The notes under the pieces: generated by a model
What the model was told of the DNA's origin: nothing
Databases searched by the model: none
Seen by the model: only the letters and a program-made list of their open reading frames with translations
Part shown: in pieces, positions 63,301 to 64,000 of the stretch
Position numbering within the stretch: the stretch's first letter is position 1
Layout: each line of letters starts with the position of its first letter
Translations under genes and position numbers: made by a program
Assembly: GCA_031402655.1 (NCBI GenBank)
Contig: JANNSO010000038.1
Span: 17,260-81,259, forward strand
Length of the DNA stretch: 64,000 bases
DNA from: Spirochaetota bacterium
GTDB taxonomy: Bacteria > Spirochaetota > Spirochaetia > Treponematales > UBA12059
Direction of reading: 5' to 3'

Positions 63301-64000
63301 AAAGTACCGTCCTTGTCAAAAATCTTGAACGAGAAGGACTCCACGTAGTGCTGGTCGGTAATCGTAACCGGCAGCGCAATCTCGTCCAGCTTGCCGTCGC
63401 TGTTCGGGCTCATGTAAAAAGAACCGTAACTTGTGGCGGGATACGTCAGCGTTATTTGCGGAGGGACAATATCAATGACGCCCAGCGGAAGGGATACACC
63501 GCCGCCTATTGCCCAGGCGCCATTATAGAGCGGCCTGGCCGAAAGCGAAGGCCGAATCTCGGACTTGTCCCAGCCCTTTTTCGAGATTATAGACTCGTCC
63601 GACTTCCTGTTGATAGGTATGGTTGCCGAAATTCCAAACGAAGGCAAAAGCGATTTACCGCTGCCGGCAAGTGCTTCCCGCGCATTGATGTCCCAGCCTA
63701 ATCGCGCAAAGGCCATTTCCTTCCAGGCCAGCTCCAGGCCGGCGGCAAATACCAAATTCTGGAATGAAGGCAAATAAATATCGATATTGGCACCAAGGCG
63801 CAAGCCGGACTTTTCGCTTGTAAATACGTCCGCGGCGGTTCCAAGAGCCAGAGTAAAAGGAGAGTCGTATGACGAAGCAGGACTGGTTCCCGCGAAACCC
63901 GCCACTCCGGCAGGACTGAAGGCCTTGCCCATGTTGCGAAGCGCCACGCCATAGCGCAGGTTTTTTAAGAATTCGCGGGTACCTAGGAGATGAACGATGC
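60372..64000 (-). CDS. Giant outer-membrane protein: N-terminal barrel-like region, ~8 FlgD-Ig-like repeats, C-terminal OmpA domain; 5' end beyond window
   Basis: The repeats carry FSP(N/D)GDG.KD motifs (FSPDGDGNKDAF, FSPNGDGVKDVL, FSPNGDGRKDTI, FSPNGDGKFDEL, FSPDNDGIDDEL and others). The OmpA-like C-terminus is VEGHANS...GLSKNRASLV...NRRVEFILIK. The reading frame stays open upstream of the track start (63947) to position 64000. Confidence 0.8.
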   Translation of the reverse strand, partial: IVHLLGTREFLKNLRYGVALRNMGKAFSPAGVAGFAGTSPASSYDSPFTLALGTAADVFTSEKSGLRLGANIDIYLPSFQNLVFAAGLELAWKEMAFARLGWDINAREALAGSGKSLLPSFGISATIPINRKSDESIISKKGWDKSEIRPSLSARPLYNGAWAIGGGVSLPLGVIDIVPPQITLTYPATSYGSFYMSPNSDGKLDEIALPVTITDQHYVESFSFKIFDKDGTLIRTIANKESRPETQNLSSLLNRIFYVKKGVPIPAQLVWNGLAESGSVVPDGIYSFVVDATDDNGNTATSRKYELVVDNTPPALALAVPAAADTLIFSPDGDGNKDAFTVKQTGSREDLWKGEIVDAAGISVRVFTFKDIELADLQWDGKNDGGKIVSDGVYAYRVASTDRAANPSSAKLDNILVNTQQPPINVSIDQGAFSPNGDGVKDVLTLSPSVPVKTGLAIWKLSVVDASNKERWANSGSAASGVPEQIPFEGRDSAGAILPEGQYRTKLTVQYSNGHSPESWSPAFFIDVSAPLASAKLDRAAFNPLAGGNSVVTITQSGSSEERWVGQILDVKGKSVKSWSFIGTPDTSLSWDGADETGRVVADGIYTYHLAATDKAGNSVNVSSAAVSIDTEKKAVRLAVDMRAFSPNGDAVKEVVTLLPETASADRVKSWTLTVLDSAKTTVRAFKGNAAPPARQAWDGKTDSGTRAPDGIYTAKLEVRYITDELESAVSFDMALDTAVPAITVTAADTLFSPNGDGRKDTIKISQESKPGDNWEGRISSADGKVVRSFAWKDKALAFEWDGTDSEGNKLPDGNYSYSVRSEDLAGNKVEVSLKAITVDAKPVQAFVTASAAGFSPNGDGKFDELSFGLIVPQKEGIDSWKLAVVDAQGITRKTFGGKGFATIPQKQPWDGKGDVGSTGQGSYTASFTVDYLKGDRAEAKSAAFVLDTAGPRLSATVGPKLFSPDNDGIDDELNIKLAVVDESQVETWAFEVVEVAVTETQGSAIGKKTRAFFTWTGKGKPAERLVWDGRSQKGELVEAASDYPYRLTVEDALGNQSVAEGFITVDVLVIRDGDKLKIKVPSIVFRSGFADFKELPGDVVARNEEVLKRIAQILNRFRDYNIRVEGHANSIAKMRKASQAEIDREEKTELLGLSKNRASLVMQKLIEFGVDGRRLSVDGLGSSQPVVPFTDADNLWKNRRVEFILIK

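Noticed and set aside
1-64000. CRISPR arrays, rRNA genes, transposases/IS elements, reverse transcriptases (retron/DGR), CBASS/TIR/Sir2-type effectors
   Set aside because: I saw no regularly spaced direct repeats, no rRNA-like sequence, and no DDE, YADD or other diagnostic motifs in any track ORF.

Overview
The 64-kb window splits into two compositionally different parts. The left ~28.7 kb is visibly AT-richer and reads as a mosaic genomic island. It abuts a tRNA-Ala(CGC) gene (28749-28821, minus) and a tyrosine integrase broken by one in-frame TGA. From left to right the island carries: (1) a tightly packed three-gene DISARM class-1-like defence operon on the minus strand. Its genes are an Eco57I/PglX/DrmMI-like m6A methyltransferase (runs off the window start, so it is missing from the ORF track), an SNF2/DrmD-like helicase, and a 1711-aa DEAD/DEAH helicase with a DUF1998-like region and an endonuclease-like C-terminal tail. 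(2) An MNT-HEPN toxin-antitoxin pair and an RHH regulator. (3) A plus-strand phage/ICE-type recombination and anti-restriction cluster (RadC-JAB, RecT/Bet, Gam-like, half-size DnaN-like, ArdC-like, SSB-like). (4) A lone FTR1 iron permease behind a near-consensus Fur box. (5) A ~6-kb chemoreceptor / HD-GYP / multicopper-oxidase cassette bracketed by a 537-bp inverted repeat built from an intact and a truncated nitroreductase-like gene. The right ~35 kb is GC-rich ordinary backbone. It holds ileS, der, ptsI, type III glutamine synthetase, class I fumarate hydratase, M18 aminopeptidase, M23/LysM peptidase, a GH3 NagZ-like enzyme, a ParA/MinD ATPase, a Cache sensor kinase, two tandem 7TM-PAS-HD-GYP paralogues and envelope proteins (PEGA, a giant FlgD-Ig/OmpA protein running off the window end). 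A ~104-nt three-hairpin repeat with compensatory stem changes occurs once in the island and once in the backbone. I saw no rRNA, CRISPR array or transposase. Many long ORFs in the GC-rich half are antisense shadows of real genes. Gene content loosely suggests a spirochaete-like host, but this is unproven. All domain calls come from reading motifs by eye in the supplied translations or my own hand translation; no database search was possible.
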